64,000 bases of DNA from Eledone cirrhosa. Taxonomy: Eukaryota. The translations under genes and the position numbers were made by a program. Location of the stretch: positions 133,796,001-133,860,000 of the forward strand of contig OZ024742.1 of the NCBI GenBank assembly GCA_964016885.1, in the 5' to 3' direction. Of the stretch, positions 32,131 to 48,527 are shown in pieces. Below the pieces are notes generated by a model, which saw only the letters and a list, made by a program, of their open reading frames with translations, made no database searches and was not told where the DNA came from. The number at the start of each line of letters is the position of its first letter. Within the stretch, counting starts at the first letter, position 1.

Positions 32131-32447
32131 TGAAGTATTTCCGTAAGAAAAGTAAAGGAAAAGAGAGTGTTCTATGTAGGCTAGAGAGCTTTATAATTAT
32201 GTAATAAACAACATAAGATATTTACATCATTCCCCAGTGGTTTCTTGAAGACATATACTTATATCCGTCTTCATTCATCAAAATAAATATTTATGTCTGG
32301 AATAGTAATATGGATTCTGTTTTCAAGTCCATATTACTACTCCATAAATAAATATTTCTTCTGATGAATGAAGACAGACATATGTATCTGTCTTCAAGAA
32401 ACCACTGCAGAATGAAATAATTACCTTATGTTGTTTATTACATAACT
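32131..32447. mobile_element. Fold-back pLTR insertion, family A relative, with two decayed HHRs
   Basis: Arms at about 32197-32316 and 32326-32446; tail homologous to 31195-31260; CTGATGA at 32361 and GAAA ccactg at 32398. Confidence 0.8.
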
Positions 32448-33026
32448 AATATATATATATATATAGGAGTGGTTACACAACAGTTAGTTCACCATACCGA
32501 TCAGTTCACCATACCGATCAGTTCACCCTAACGGATCTTCAGCTCAGGATGTGTATGGTTATTTGAACAGGAAGGACAACCATACGAACGCGCATGCGCA
32601 GAAACTCGGTCATTTCACACAAGCGATACTAGTCTGCGTGCGAGAGGTGTAAGGGAGATAACTGCGAAAGTCCGGAAAGTTTTTAGGTTGAAAATAAAAT
32701 TAAAATAAAATTAAAAATAAAATTACAAAGAATAAGTACGGAGCCTTGTAGTTATGCAATAGATGTTTGATGACATGTGGACAACGTGTGAAAAAATTCA
32801 CTTCTCGTGTTTAGGCAATCACTATTGCGTAATCTCTTTAGGATAGTTATTCCTTCGTCAATACATAAGCCACACGTCGGATATCCCTTTGCGTATTGCT
32901 TGGACTTAGTGATGGCTTTCTATTGAATGGAGAAGCCTATACTTGAGACGTTGAGGGACCATACGTGGCTCGCGAGTTTTGTGGATGAATGTCTGTCCGG
33001 GTATCTGAAGGTATATATATATATGT

Positions 33027-33058
<32 letters not shown>

Positions 33059-33060
33059 GT

Positions 33061-33106
<46 letters not shown>

Positions 33107-33910
33107 CCTTATATTATGACATTTATAATGCGGCTTTGGTAGGGATTTGCACAATATATTATAGAATTATACCAGGCCACTGAGGGGGCAACATTAATAT
33201 TGTTTGCCACATGTTTGTACCATTTGCTCTCATCGATTATCAGAGACTTGTTAGATTTTGTATTAAATTATATATAATTCAATACGCATTATATTCCTTT
33301 TCTTTTTTAGTATTTTGTATGTCACTCGTATAATGAGGTCAGCCTGTTGAATATTTCGATATATTTGCATATATAATATAATATGAAAGTAATGAAAATA
33401 AGAAGAAAAAAAAGAAAACGAAAAGAAGTAAAGTGGTATGTAATAAGTCCTATGTGGTAGACCGTGTGAGTGAAAACAAATAGTTAGAATATTTAATACT
33501 GCTCTAATAAAATCCAAATCACTTGAAATGCACAAATAAAAAAAAAAATAAAATATAAACAAAAACATTCTACACAACTGACATTTCAATCACTGTTTGA
33601 TTGTATAAAATTGTATAAATTTAGAGAAACTTGTAAGAAATACTACGTTAACCAACTAAAATTCGTAAATCGATGATGATAAATGAGACTTACTGCGGAA
33701 TTTTAAAAGAACAAATGAATAAATAAACGATTGTTAAAAACGTATATACATATAACCCAGATATGGTGTGGTATTTTAAATTGTCAATCCCGCATAACCT
33801 CCTTGGAATTTAAACTAAATATGTAACACCATCTTGTGTATTATAGCAGTTGTATTCCTTTGGGAAAAGCCTCGTTTTACACACCACCACACACATATAT
33901 ATGCGTGTGC

Positions 33911-33980
<70 letters not shown>

Positions 33981-33986
33981 GTGTGT

Positions 33987-34047
<61 letters not shown>

Positions 34048-34559
34048 TGTGTGTGTGTGTGTGTGCGTGCGTGCGTGAATGTGTGCGTGAATGTGTGCGT
34101 CATGTGTGAGTGTGCGTATGTGTGTGTAAGGAGGCCTGCCCAAAGCCATAAATAATATACAATACACTTTTATATGTATATTCAGATATCACTTTGTGAT
34201 TTCATACATGTTGTAATGGAGATATATACGTCTATTGCGGTAGATGAAAATCCTTAATACATAAATTATGAAAGCTAAATATTCAACAAATATTATCATT
34301 CATATGTCCACATACATGGAAATAAAAGTTTGGCAAAGGGTACTTACACAAACGCCCACGTAGACATTTACAAACATGTTGTTTTTGATTTTCTTCTAGT
34401 CTGCCATATATTTTTCTCAATTGTATCATAGAAAGATCAACAAACCTTTCTAGTTATCACCCCTCTCTTTCATGCGCCCCTGAAGATAATTACCATTTTG
34501 TAGGGTCTAGGAAGATGCCTATTATTTCAATGGGATCAAAGAGTAATTTATTATCGCTG

Positions 34560-36120
34560 ACACTGACATTTAACCTTTCTTATCCTGTCTTTGTCGGGAT
34601 TTTAAGACACTAAATGGAATTAATACATATTTATATATGTATATGGATATCCGTCGGTTTCGTTGATCAATATTCAATTCACTGGCCTGATATTTAACTT
34701 AATGTATATTGGCTGGTGTTTTCAGCGACATATGTGCTAGGGTTTGAACAAATGTGGGCTTTCTGCTGTTTCACGAACAACGGTAGGGCTTATCCATGAA
34801 ATTATTGTGAAATGTATGAGAATTCCCCAAAAATCTGGAAACCTTATGTAGATTCAGCGTCAGACGATTTTCGAAATATTTGGCTCTTCAAACTACAATA
34901 AGGAATAATATTTTCTTGACAAGATGACTGGTGCATTGTAAAAGAGGACGCTTAGAGTAATATGACTGGCTGACAAGAAGAGAAATCAACCCCAATATAT
35001 CGGTGCCTTTGCAGCTTGGCACTTGGAGAACATCGTTGGAAGCAGGACGCATGAAACGGTTAATTTATCCAGGCTCTTGTTCAGTTCGGACTCTCAGGTG
35101 CATAGGAACTGATTGAAAGTAGCGAGGGGGGTTGCTACGCCTTACTTAAATATTGGCAAAAATAATCTACCCCTGAAATGTCGGGTAGAGATTGTAATCC
35201 CGCACATTGCTTCCAGCATCTAAAACCGCTTTACCAACTCGTCATGCGCCGGTATTCGGCTCACTAGATTTGAGTGATTGCTCTGTCCCTTCTGTTGAGG
35301 TGGACCATGTGTTCCCCTCACCCATGACTTGGGGTGCTGTGCATGGCGTGGCTGATGAGGCGCAAACATTGTCAAAGGCAACGCCATATCCTGATATTCC
35401 TAAACCATGAATATTTGTGAACAATATTTGTTATGAATATTTTTTAGAAGCATTTCTTTGATTAGACCCCTGGTATGTTCTATGTTGTGAGTCACACAAC
35501 GCTCTACCTATTGTGCAATGCAATCTGTGGAAATTCCACACAAGCGTTCTATAGAGAGATGGAGGCAGGCACCAGCGACGAAGCTTTTGAAGAGATTGTA
35601 GGCGTCGACGAGAACGAAATTTCTCTATACTAGACAAATTTCTGTCCAGTACTTAAGGGCGATATCCAGAAACCCTCGCCCAGATGAGCATTCTCGCTTG
35701 GAGACTAAATCTACAACGAAGGACGTGCGGTCAGACGGAGCTGTTTGAGATGCGTACAGAGCGACGAAACTGTAATATACGGACTCAGCCTGTATCCTGA
35801 CATTGCCGACTATTGTTGTGTGAAACACGGATCCGTCTACGGCAACGCCTTTGTTACGATCACCAAGCGCTTTTTTGGCCAAGAATGGCAGGCGGTTTTC
35901 ATCCATCTTGTGAGTGTAGCGAAAGAGATTCTGTAGTAGAGGCACCTGGTAGGACTGCAGACACCTTTTTTAGTCTGCCAATCCCTTATCAACATTTTAA
36001 AGTCGAACCTGGTTGTGGAGGTGAGGGGAATGCTGTCCTCAATACATTTGTTGAAATGTGGATAACTAAAACAAGGCTGGCAAGAGTGAATGGGCCTATT
36101 TTGTCCATTCCCCTGTAGAC
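34560..36120 (+). pseudogene. L1/Tx1-like LINE ORF2 relic
   Basis: LQLGTWR; NLPLKCRVEIVIPHIASSI (LSLKGR-like); HP*LGVLCMAWLMRR (GGLG-like); CLRCVQSDETV (C-terminal Zn knuckle). Confidence 0.6.
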
Positions 36121-36404
36121 TGACATCGTTATATACGATGGGAGCACCCTCCCAAACTGCTCCTCTTAGCGATTAGGGTAGTTTCAGAACTGTTGGGTTC
36201 ATAGGGTTGCCTATGTGCGATACAGCACCCATTGGTGAATTTATTTTTATCAATTGATAATTTTAACCTGTAACATTTATTATAAGTTTTCTGAAGCTAT
36301 TTGTAAATTTCCAGTCCCTGTTTTGTATTGATTTCTATATTTGGATCTTGTGGCCAAAACCTAAATAATTATTATTATTGTATGTGTTGATTTGGTTGTT
36401 TCCA

Positions 36405-37100
36405 AACCTGTTATCAGGTGAGTAATGAGGTTTATCCAGCACGGCCACGTTCTAATCAGACAGAAACTGCTGTTGACATCATGAAGCAGTTACGATTTTC
36501 CTACCACAACTTTGGCCTCTTTTCACGAACTGAACGAAGCAAAAACCACAGAGCCTTTTTGTAGACATACTTGTTTATCGTATGGCCCTGTAGCAAAACT
36601 TCTTTGCAGACGATGTCCCTCACATCGACGAATCTGTTCAACATTAGTTTGACATAGTACATAGGCTATGTTGCTCTCTTCAGCCTCGGTGACAGCTGCC
36701 TCATCCACAGAAATTTCTGGTACTTAGTCTCCGTATCGTAGTGGAAGATCCACGAGACATGACTCGCTATAACTCTACCCTACAAGTCTGGTTCGGTCTC
36801 AAGACTTTTGAGCATATCCTGACACAACTGCATGCGCCGCTCATTATCGTCATCATTCAGCACCCTCGACACAATCTTTGCTTAAATTCTCTGCATGCCC
36901 AAATTTTCGGTGATCATTTTCCAAGCGTTATCACGATTCATGCCCAAGTAATTTGTGATCAATCGAACAGCCAGCCGAATATCTCCATGCAACAGCTGCA
37001 TCAGGCGTTCAACTTTAGCCTTAATCCTACTCTTGACCTTCCTTAAAGTTTCTGTCACTCAGAAACCCGTGAAAATCCGCAGTATTCCGAGTGCTTACCA
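36405..37100 (-). pseudogene. mariner-type transposase relic
   Basis: MITENLGMQRI*AKIVSRVL..WIFHYDTETK (VP..L and DE.W..YD motifs) and KPHYSPD (YSPDL motif). Confidence 0.75.
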
Positions 37101-37347
37101 AGGAATTTTCCACAGCTGGAACAGAATCTTCAGGTAGGTTTGTCGATCTGTACACATCACTGATTGTGGAGCTGTTAACGTGAAAACACTTACAATGGTT
37201 GTGGAAAGCTAAGATCGTAGTTATATACTCCCCCAATATAATGTCACTCGGTGAAGCAACGCGTTAATCACTACCCACCACACAGCAGGCTAAGACGTGT
37301 TACTTTTCTGACAAAAATCAAATATATATATATATATATATATACGC

Positions 37348-37825
37348 GACCTGAAAAATGCGCAAGCTCATAAGAGCCACAGAATGTTATAATAAACCTT
37401 CAAAAGTGTGGGACTAGAGTTGTTGCTAAAAAATATTGTAATCATTATCTATCGTACACGTTGTGGTATCCTTTTATAAAAAAGAGACTCATAACGAACT
37501 CAAGACGACACGATAATTATTTAAGCTAATGTTCAATATCTCATATTAGATGTTTAGTAATGATTAATACGAAATGCACTTAAACCGAATTCTATATTAT
37601 TAATTCACTTAAACAATTATCGTGTCGTCTTGAGTTTCTTTTTTATAAAAGGATGCCACAGGGTGTACGATAGATAATGATTACAATATTTTTGTGCAAC
37701 AACTCTAGTCCTACACTTTTGAAGGTTTATTATAACATTATGTGGCTCGTTTGAGCTTGCGCATTTTTCAGGTCTAGATTAATATTTTTTTAAGGCAACG
37801 CTTGTAATAACTGTAGTTAAACATG
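37348..37825. mobile_element. Fold-back insertion
   Basis: Arms at about 37348-37525 and 37608-37774; tail to about 37825; TA-rich flanks. Confidence 0.75.
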
Positions 37826-38059
37826 ATATATATTAATAATAAATTATCGTTGTAATGTAATTAGATTATATAATTGATATTTTATAAATGATCTTATAAA
37901 TATTATTGTAAGATGTATAAAAATATTTTCAGACTTTTACTATAAACAACTACAAAAATCAATCAATATTAAATATATATATTTTACATAATAATTGTTA
38001 TAGTTGAATTAATAAAAAATAAATATTACATACAAATAGTCTAATATAATAATAAAAAA

Positions 38060-38250
38060 TAATTGTTTTTACTTTTGGCACAAGGCCAGCAATTAGCCAG
38101 TGCATTACTGGTACTTTATTTTATCGACCCCGTAAGGATGAAAGGCAAAGTTAACCTCGGCGGGATTTGAACTCAGATTATAAAGGGCCGTAACTCTTTG
38201 ATGCAAAGCATGGCGTCCGACTCTCTACGGATACTGCCAATCCACCACCA
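38060..38250 (-). mobile_element. tRNA-derived SINE, full length
   Basis: B-box and core as at 405-580; TAATAAAAAATAAT on both flanks (possible TSD). Confidence 0.88.
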
Positions 38251-38730
38251 TAGTAATAAAAAATAATCTAACATAATAATAATAAAATAATCTAACATAA
38301 AACGAACAATAATATGGACAAATATACAAGTAAATATGATACAACCAATATTATAAGCATGTTAAAACGAACTGAACAAAAAATCGTTAATATAAATTTA
38401 AAAAATCATATATAAATTAACAATATAATATACCAATACGAGAACAACATTTTGATGATAAATGACGAAATACAGGGGGAAGATTCGAAATCGAAACGTT
38501 AAGTAAACGTGCAAACAAAATGCCGGATGCTTTTGAGCAACAATTACTCTCGTTGGTTGATTAGCCAATAAGACGATGAAAGTAGCCAATAAGACGATAC
38601 ATTACAAAACATGTTTGGCAGCGATCATCACCACAGCCAGTGACACCACATGAATTTTTTATTCACAAGCTACGTATTATATGTAAGACACGCAGACTAA
38701 AAATATTCTGTTGTTAGGCACTGCGTGTCT

Positions 38731-39420
<690 letters not shown>

Positions 39421-39615
39421 CTATTATCTCATTACTCTTTCTGATTTATTAGCAATATAAACAGATTTTTACTTATAGACACAGAACCATTAAATTCGTT
39501 CACATCCATTGTGCCATTAAAAATGTATCACTTTAATATTAGTTGGAAGAACTCCATAAAGTTAACTTAAAGATTTTCAATTATACAAGTATATATCTAT
39601 CTATCTATCTATTTA

Positions 39616-39676
<61 letters not shown>

Positions 39677-39723
39677 TCATATATATATATATATTAATAT
39701 ATATATATATATATATATATGTG

Positions 39724-39829
<106 letters not shown>

Positions 39830-41559
39830 TATTTATATATATATATAAATGAAAGGTATAGAAAGTATTGTAGCAAGAAACCAACAGTATTCCTTATATA
39901 TATGTATGTGTGTGCGGAGGGGGGGGGGTATAAACTACCGTTACTACAATATACTCTAAAAATGTGCTGGTGTATTATTAACATTACAAAATATGATACA
40001 CATTAATAATAATAGTATGACCATATTCTATTTATTGATATATATCAAATCATGGACTATTCTCCTATTACATGTCCATTATATACTTCTACAACGATAT
40101 AGAGATGAGTAAATAATTTAAATTTAAAATGTCCTCATATTATTCCTATGCATTCATTAATCATTTTGTTACAACCTTGATCCTATTAGTACTTTAATGT
40201 TCTCTTACAATAGATAGAATGGCTAGTCAATCACCAATTCCACCGTATAGTATTAGCTTACACGTACAGTTGATACTTTATAATATTGTTCAGTTGATGG
40301 TTTTCACAGCATCGTTCTTCCGTGAAGCTTATTTAAAGTTGACGAAATTATTTAAATTAATGATAATTCCTTTTTAAAATTGAACTATTATTTCTTGCTT
40401 CATAATAACACGACTCTCCCGCGTTTCTAAAATTAACTTTCAAGTCCATTATTCATGGACTAATCATAACAGAATTGTTCAAAATTGTATGGAACTTTAA
40501 TAACAAGAGAGAATCTCCAAAATTCAATAAAGATATAATTACCATACTATTGTCAGAATTTGTATAATAATTCATCTGCAATCTTTGATGTCCGGGGACG
40601 GCCTTTTCAAGCCCACGCACTTGAATCAGTCGTATTACTCAATAATATAAATTGAAATATAATTTCTTATTTCATAATTTTAATGCCGTCCTGAATTTTA
40701 TATTTCGCTTCAAATGTATTTGAAGTACTCAATAAATGTTATTCATTTATTCAAATAGTGCTCTCAGTTAATTAGTTAAGCCTTCAATATCACAAGAGTT
40801 ATGACAAAGTGTTCTGCGCATATATTTTATGACTATAATCTTAGAAGTCCAAACGCATTGTTGATATTTCGACTACACAGTTTTCCAAAGCTGTCGTAGA
40901 TCAAGATAAAACACTGGGTTTGTCTAAGTCTATGTTCTGAAGTAAACAAATAACAAATGCGGATATCTGTGTATAGCTTTGCAGATAGTATTAAAATGGG
41001 AGAAATACTTTATGGGTATTTGATGAAGCAATGAAATTATATATCTGATGGGCATCATCTGGACATTGATTATCTGAAGTCGAATATATTACCTCATTTG
41101 AGGTGGATAAATATACACGATATTACGTTAATTCCTATTCCATAAATCAGCTGTGGACTTTCACTCTCCCCCGCCTAAAATTCTATACCGCATTGCACAT
41201 TGCATAAGTGTTGACATTCCACACTGACATTCCACACGTCATTAAGTTTTCAAAATAATTCGTAGTTTATAATTTTGTGAGAAAAGAAATACGATTTTAA
41301 GAGCAAAAATCATATTAGCTTATATGAAAAATAAGTGAAATGAGAACGAAAACAAACAAACGTAAACCAGACATAAAACATAACAGAAATATCTTATTTA
41401 TACTGCTGAATACAGATTTGAATATTCTTTTCCTATAGTAAAATTTATGAATACTAAACTCGTAATTACTAAGTCTCTCTATTTCAAAAGTATTTTAGTA
41501 CATCAATAATAATCTAGAGATATAATTGTTTATACTTAAGGAGAAGTGGATATATAGTG

Positions 41560-41780
41560 GATACATGTTATTTATTGACTTTAAGGAAGAAGTTCGAATT
41601 TATAGCTTAGATCATGGAGACCCAGAACAATCAGGGCCGATATACTTAAGGTTACGCACTTCAAATTTAGAGTATGCTTTAAAACCCAAGCTGTTAGAAT
41701 ATAAGGTAACACCCAAAAGACACCATATGATTCATGTAACCAACATAATTAATTGCGAACGGTATTCTTAGCTGAATTAA
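41560..41780 (+). pseudogene. Old LINE RT relic
   Basis: YMLFIDFKEE..YSLDH resembles LFIDF.KAYDS.D. Confidence 0.4.
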
Positions 41781-41912
41781 CTATATTCTTCATATATGTC
41801 GAATATTATCTGAATTAAGATAATAATGAATGCAGTCTATTCAAGATTTAAAATCACTAAAGAATAAATGCATCAAGTTATTGTGGAACTATTATGTATA
41901 TATTCATTTATG

Positions 41913-42075
41913 TGGGGGCGAATTGGCAGAGTTCTTAGAATGTCGGATAAAATGATTTGCAGTATTCATTTCCGTGTTGGGCTATCTGAATTCAAATCAC
42001 ACCGAGGGCAACTTTACCTTTTATCCATTCACGGTCTATAACAATGTACCAGTCAAGTACTGCGGGCCGATCTCC
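41913..42075 (+). mobile_element. tRNA-derived SINE, diverged
   Basis: TTGGCAGAGTTCTTAGA..TTCAAATCACACCGAGGGCAACTTTACCTTTTATCC..GTACCAGT. Confidence 0.7.
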
Positions 42076-42265
42076 CTCTATACCTCTTTCTCACTTCCTT
42101 TCTCTGACATCTATCCTTCTCTGGAATAAATCTGCTGTATTCACACTTGGACAAGAGATGGGCTCCGGCAAGTTTTAATAAAATGCTCTGGAATCGCCGT
42201 AAATCAATATGGCGCCCCTACCAGTCCTCGAGAGTTACGGGTCCATACCATAGCCTATGTATATA

Positions 42266-42304
<39 letters not shown>

Positions 42305-42324
42305 ATGTGTTTCTATGTATATGT

Positions 42325-42396
<72 letters not shown>

Positions 42397-42399
<3 letters not shown>

Positions 42400-42712
42400 C
42401 AAGGTCTAGCAAATAGAGAAAAAGTTTTAAAATAAATAAAAAAAAATTCGCAGTACTTACTATGTGTGCCTTTACCGCGGTTTCATCCTCCAGAATAAAC
42501 GGAAAATCCAAGCGGATATCCATTGAGAAGGGAGCAATCTTCAGAATCACTTCTCCCTCGGAGAATATAAAACTTTTTATCTATTTGCTAGACCTTGATT
42601 TTATATGTTCTGGCTTGTTAATTTATTAACCCGCCATAGAATAACATTGGCATACGGTTGGATAATACTTGTTTCCCTATATGTATTTTTTACACGTAGG
42701 AATTCATACTTT
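42397..42712. mobile_element. Fold-back insertion with HHR at 42466-42550 (-)
   Basis: 32-bp arms 42397-42428 and 42568-42601; tail to 42712; CTGAAGA [53 nt] GAAA ccgcgg TA with weak stem I. Confidence 0.7.
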
Positions 42713-42736
42713 ATTATATATATATATATATATATA

Positions 42737-43127
42737 TGACTGGTTTTGGATGCTTAAAGCGTCCGTATGCGGTAGGCCCTATGAACACTCGATGCCCTCA
42801 TAGAGCAGAGTATGATATCACAGAAAAAAGAGAATCAGTGTTGCGACGAAAGGAATTTATTGGACATATTACAATTGTTTCTCTGGCGACCAGCTCGAGG
42901 CACCATCGATGTGGTGATCAAATCTGACTCTGAAATCGCGCAGTCCTCGGATACGTCTCGATTCTAAACTGCTTCGTAGAATCGAGACATATCGGAGGAC
43001 CGCGCCATTTCAGAGTCAGGTTTGATCATCACATCGATCGTGCCTCGAGCTGGTCTCCCGTGAAACAATTGTAATATGTTCAATATATTCTTTTCGTCGC
43101 AACGCTGATTCTCTTTTTACTGTGATA
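42737..43127. mobile_element. Fold-back insertion carrying only the HHR 3' half
   Basis: Arms at about 42816-42967 and 42977-43127; tail 42737-42815; GAAA caattg TA in both arms (43062-43073). Confidence 0.75.
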
Positions 43128-43199
43128 TATTTATTTATATATATATACGTATATATATATATACATATATATATATACATATATATATATATATGCAAA

Positions 43200-43510
43200 C
43201 GTTCTATTTAAATTGTTGGGATACAACAACCAAATATTTTTATAACTGATATAAAGCACTCGACAAGTATTTGGAGTAAATATACGATATTAACAAATGG
43301 AAACTATATTTATAAAACCATATCAATTTTTTATACATATTTCAAGGATATGAATATTGAAAGGGTATGTCAATATTTATTTATAAAACTGGTATATATT
43401 GTATTTTGTCTGATGAAAGCATACCATAATTTAACATGGTATCCTTGAAGTATGTATAATAAAATAGATATGGTTTTATAAATATAGTTTCCATTTGTTA
43501 ATATCGTATA
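43200..43510. mobile_element. Fold-back pLTR insertion (family B) with HHR 43402-43466
   Basis: Homologous to 4535-4690; tattttgt CTGATGA aagcataccat..atggtatcctt GAAG tatgta TA ataaaata (the other arm retains GAAA). Confidence 0.8.
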
Positions 43511-45049
43511 TATGTATATATGTATATATATGTATGCCTGTGTGTGTGTGTGTGTGTGTGGGTGTGTGTAGCGTTCCCGTCTGTAAGTGTGTGCCCATGC
43601 ATGTGCAAATCGTGTATGCATAGTACACACGAATGTCTAGGAATAACATTAATAATGCAAATATCTATCCGATGATATACCATTACAGAAATCTAGAATC
43701 AGCTGTGATACATATTTGCAATAATTGTTCTTTCACTTTACCACTTACTGGTGTTTAATCACTTGTATGCGTTGCCTGCCAACCAAGTAGAAATTTATAC
43801 TAATGTTAACATACCAATTTTAATTTCATCAAGCGTATTTCATTGGTAAACGAGTATCGTCAATGATACATTATTGATATTCAAATATTTTGTCATATTA
43901 TGTCGTATATTGCTTTAGCAGATATCTCTCCCAAATATTGTTAGGCAGTACAAAGATGAAATGTCTGCCCATGTTTCTTTCTTTCTTTGTATGTGTACAT
44001 TGTCAGCAAATGTTTTCTCAGAATTATTATTAAATTCCTTCACTCACAAAAGTATGTTGAATAGAAAAGAGTTCTAATGGTTGTTCCAATTAATATAGGC
44101 AGCAGTGACAATACCATAACAATTCTAATCAACCTTCATTACTAAAGTCCTGATCATCCTCATCCTTGTAATCATGAATATTGGCATCATCGTTATCTTC
44201 ACATAACCCCCACATTACCCACATCATGCTCATCTCAATCTTCATTCATCATTTCATCATACTGTGTATCATACAACAATGATCACATCCCTTTCTATGG
44301 TTGTAACGAATAACTTAATTGGCCTTCGTGGTCAAAGACATCATGAGCACACCATAACAGCAATTATAATGAACATAAAACAAGTGATTATTTCGATGAA
44401 GATAATTTCGGTGATCCCTGAAAAATATGCAATGCATATTAGTAGGACAGGAATGTGAGGTATTCTTACTCGAGATAAATAATCAATTCCTTCATATGTG
44501 TAGGTGTATTGTGTAATAACTTGTACATTTATTGTTTATTTTATAATAATTTATACTTTAATTCATGTTTTATAAAATTAATCTTTATTTTCCATAGAAT
44601 TGCTTTAGAAAAGTTTTGTTCAAACTAGCATGCATTTTTAATATTATATTTATAAAGAATTTTTTTTCCAAAATGCACGCGCGTCCTCTAATATATATAT
44701 TACTATTTATTATCATTACTAGCAGAGGAACTGCCATTCGAGCGGTTTTCTACTAGCATAGTAATGTGCATTTTCGTACTATACGCTAAAACATATGCAT
44801 AAGTTATATGTAAATTGTAAAATAAATTGACAATATCTTATATTTTATATATAACAAAGGAATTGTGGTAAGGAAGCAAATAGACCATAACGCACCGGAG
44901 TACTCAATACTTAGGGTAGTAGAGTGGGAAATAGGAAAAAGTATGACCCCGACGGCAGAGCGCAAGACGTTTCATATATATATATATATATGCTTTGATA
45001 AATAGGTGTTGATCTTAGCGACTGCTTCTCGATAACTAATCTAAAGCCG

Positions 45050-45097
<48 letters not shown>

Positions 45098-45913
45098 GGG
45101 GTAACAGATTATTGTTATAGGTAGTCCACATAAGTGTAGTCCAGTTGTGGTACTCCGAGTAGTGGATGATATCAACGTTTGGCTCAGTTTGACTCAACAA
45201 GGTGTTTCCATAGTGATGCTGCGAGTACGCGGTAATTTCTATGTTGTAAACACTTGGAGTAATGATAAATCAGGAAAGAAGAGTGACACGGTTTGCGATA
45301 CAAAATAGGTTTTTAATCTCATTGCTGACCATTGTTTCTCTGAACTGGTAGGTCTAGAGATCGCTACCCGCTTGTTTTCACGTCATTTGATAACCAATAC
45401 ATAGTTGTAACCAGTCAATTCATCGGAGCTTGTGAGAATAAAAGGAATATATAGGCATGGCTACTATATATAGTAGTAATGGCATTCAATCAGAACAATA
45501 ACAACAATACTAACAATGCTAGCAATAAATCATTTTAAATAATCACGTCAATCTAAGTGAGGAATATAGTATATCTAAGATTTTAGCGTGTAAAACTAGC
45601 TGAGATGAGGCAGATGTATAAAATTGACATGTAAAAGCTGTCATGGGGTGTATTATATATATAGTGTACAGATAAACCGGTGGCTTTAAACAATGTAGGC
45701 CTGGTGGCCGTAAGAATAATTTATTATCTGACAGATAAAAAATTTATCACTGTAGTGAGGATAGTAATATTTGTGGTGTTAGGTTCAATATTTATGTAGT
45801 CTATATAAGATGAAAATGTTGTCTAGCTTTCTCATCATCAATAACATACATGTATAAGACAACATTAACAGACTAGCAATATAATAGGCAAGTTAATACA
45901 GAGGTTAAGGAGG

Positions 45914-45979
<66 letters not shown>

Positions 45980-46239
45980 AGAAAACATGCTGACTACAAT
46001 TATAACAGCAGGACGGTAATGTTCTGCTGTAGTAGTATTTTGAAATGTTCTTTGATTTAGGTTCATTTGTTGAGAGTCAAGGGTGAGGATGTTGTGTTGA
46101 CAGCAGCTGACAAGGGATATATTTATGGGTTGACAAGGTACTGACATACATTATTGTGGTATAGAATTAAGAAGGCAAGAATGTACCTAATGATTATATT
46201 TCTGTGGTGGTTCGTATATATATATATATATATATATTA

Positions 46240-46936
46240 GTTTTGCGAGGTTTTTTATATGAAATCGTGTGTCGAAACAGATATTGTTATATTTGGGGAG
46301 GGTCATATTTGCGTAATATTGCCAGAATTAATAACAGAACACACTCACTGTTTGGTTGGTTTTCGCTTCTCGCTGTCTTTTATATATATATATATCTGCG
46401 ATCTAACTTACTCGGTCCTCAATGTTGCCATTGACTGACCGGCGGTCAAAAATAATACAGATACAATATAGACAAACACATATATATATATAGTTTACAT
46501 AATTTACATAAATCTTTCGTTGCACATCTGCAACATCGTCAGTGGTGTTATATTCATTGTTCCTCCTGTTGTGTTGTATGTCTACGCCATTTTTTTTTTT
46601 TGTTTTTTTGTCAAAAAAAAAAAAAAAAAAAAAAAAATGGCGTAGACATACAACACAACAGGAGGAACAATGAATATAACACCACTGACGATGTTGCAGA
46701 TGTGCAACGAAAGATTTATGTAAATTATGTAAACTATATATATATGTGTTTGTCTATATTGTATCTGTATTATTTTTGACCGCCGGTCAGTCAATGGCAA
46801 CATTGAGGACCGAGTAAGTTAGATCGCAGATATATATATATAAAAAACAGCGAGAAGCGAAAACCAACCAAACAGTGAGTGTGTTCTGTTATTAATTCTG
46901 GCAATATTACGCAAATATGACCCTCCCCAAATATAA
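46240..46936. mobile_element. Near-perfect ~320-bp-arm palindrome (family C relative) with HHRs at 46507-46544 (-) and 46683-46720 (+)
   Basis: Arms meet in a polyT/polyA centre near 46600; ca CTGACGA t gttgca gatg tgcaac GAAA gatt TA tg; tail 46240-46286. Confidence 0.85.
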
Positions 46937-46960
46937 AAATATATATATATATATATATTT

Positions 46961-48300
<1,340 letters not shown>

Positions 48301-48412
48301 GTAAATTACTGTCTCTCACTCTTTAGGGTTTAAAATATATATCACTATAAAAAGATTTACTATATACATAACCATAAATAGTATCCTTAATACTATATAT
48401 ATATGTATGTAT

Positions 48413-48499
<87 letters not shown>

Positions 48500-48527
48500 C
48501 ATATGTGTATATATGTATATAACTGTA

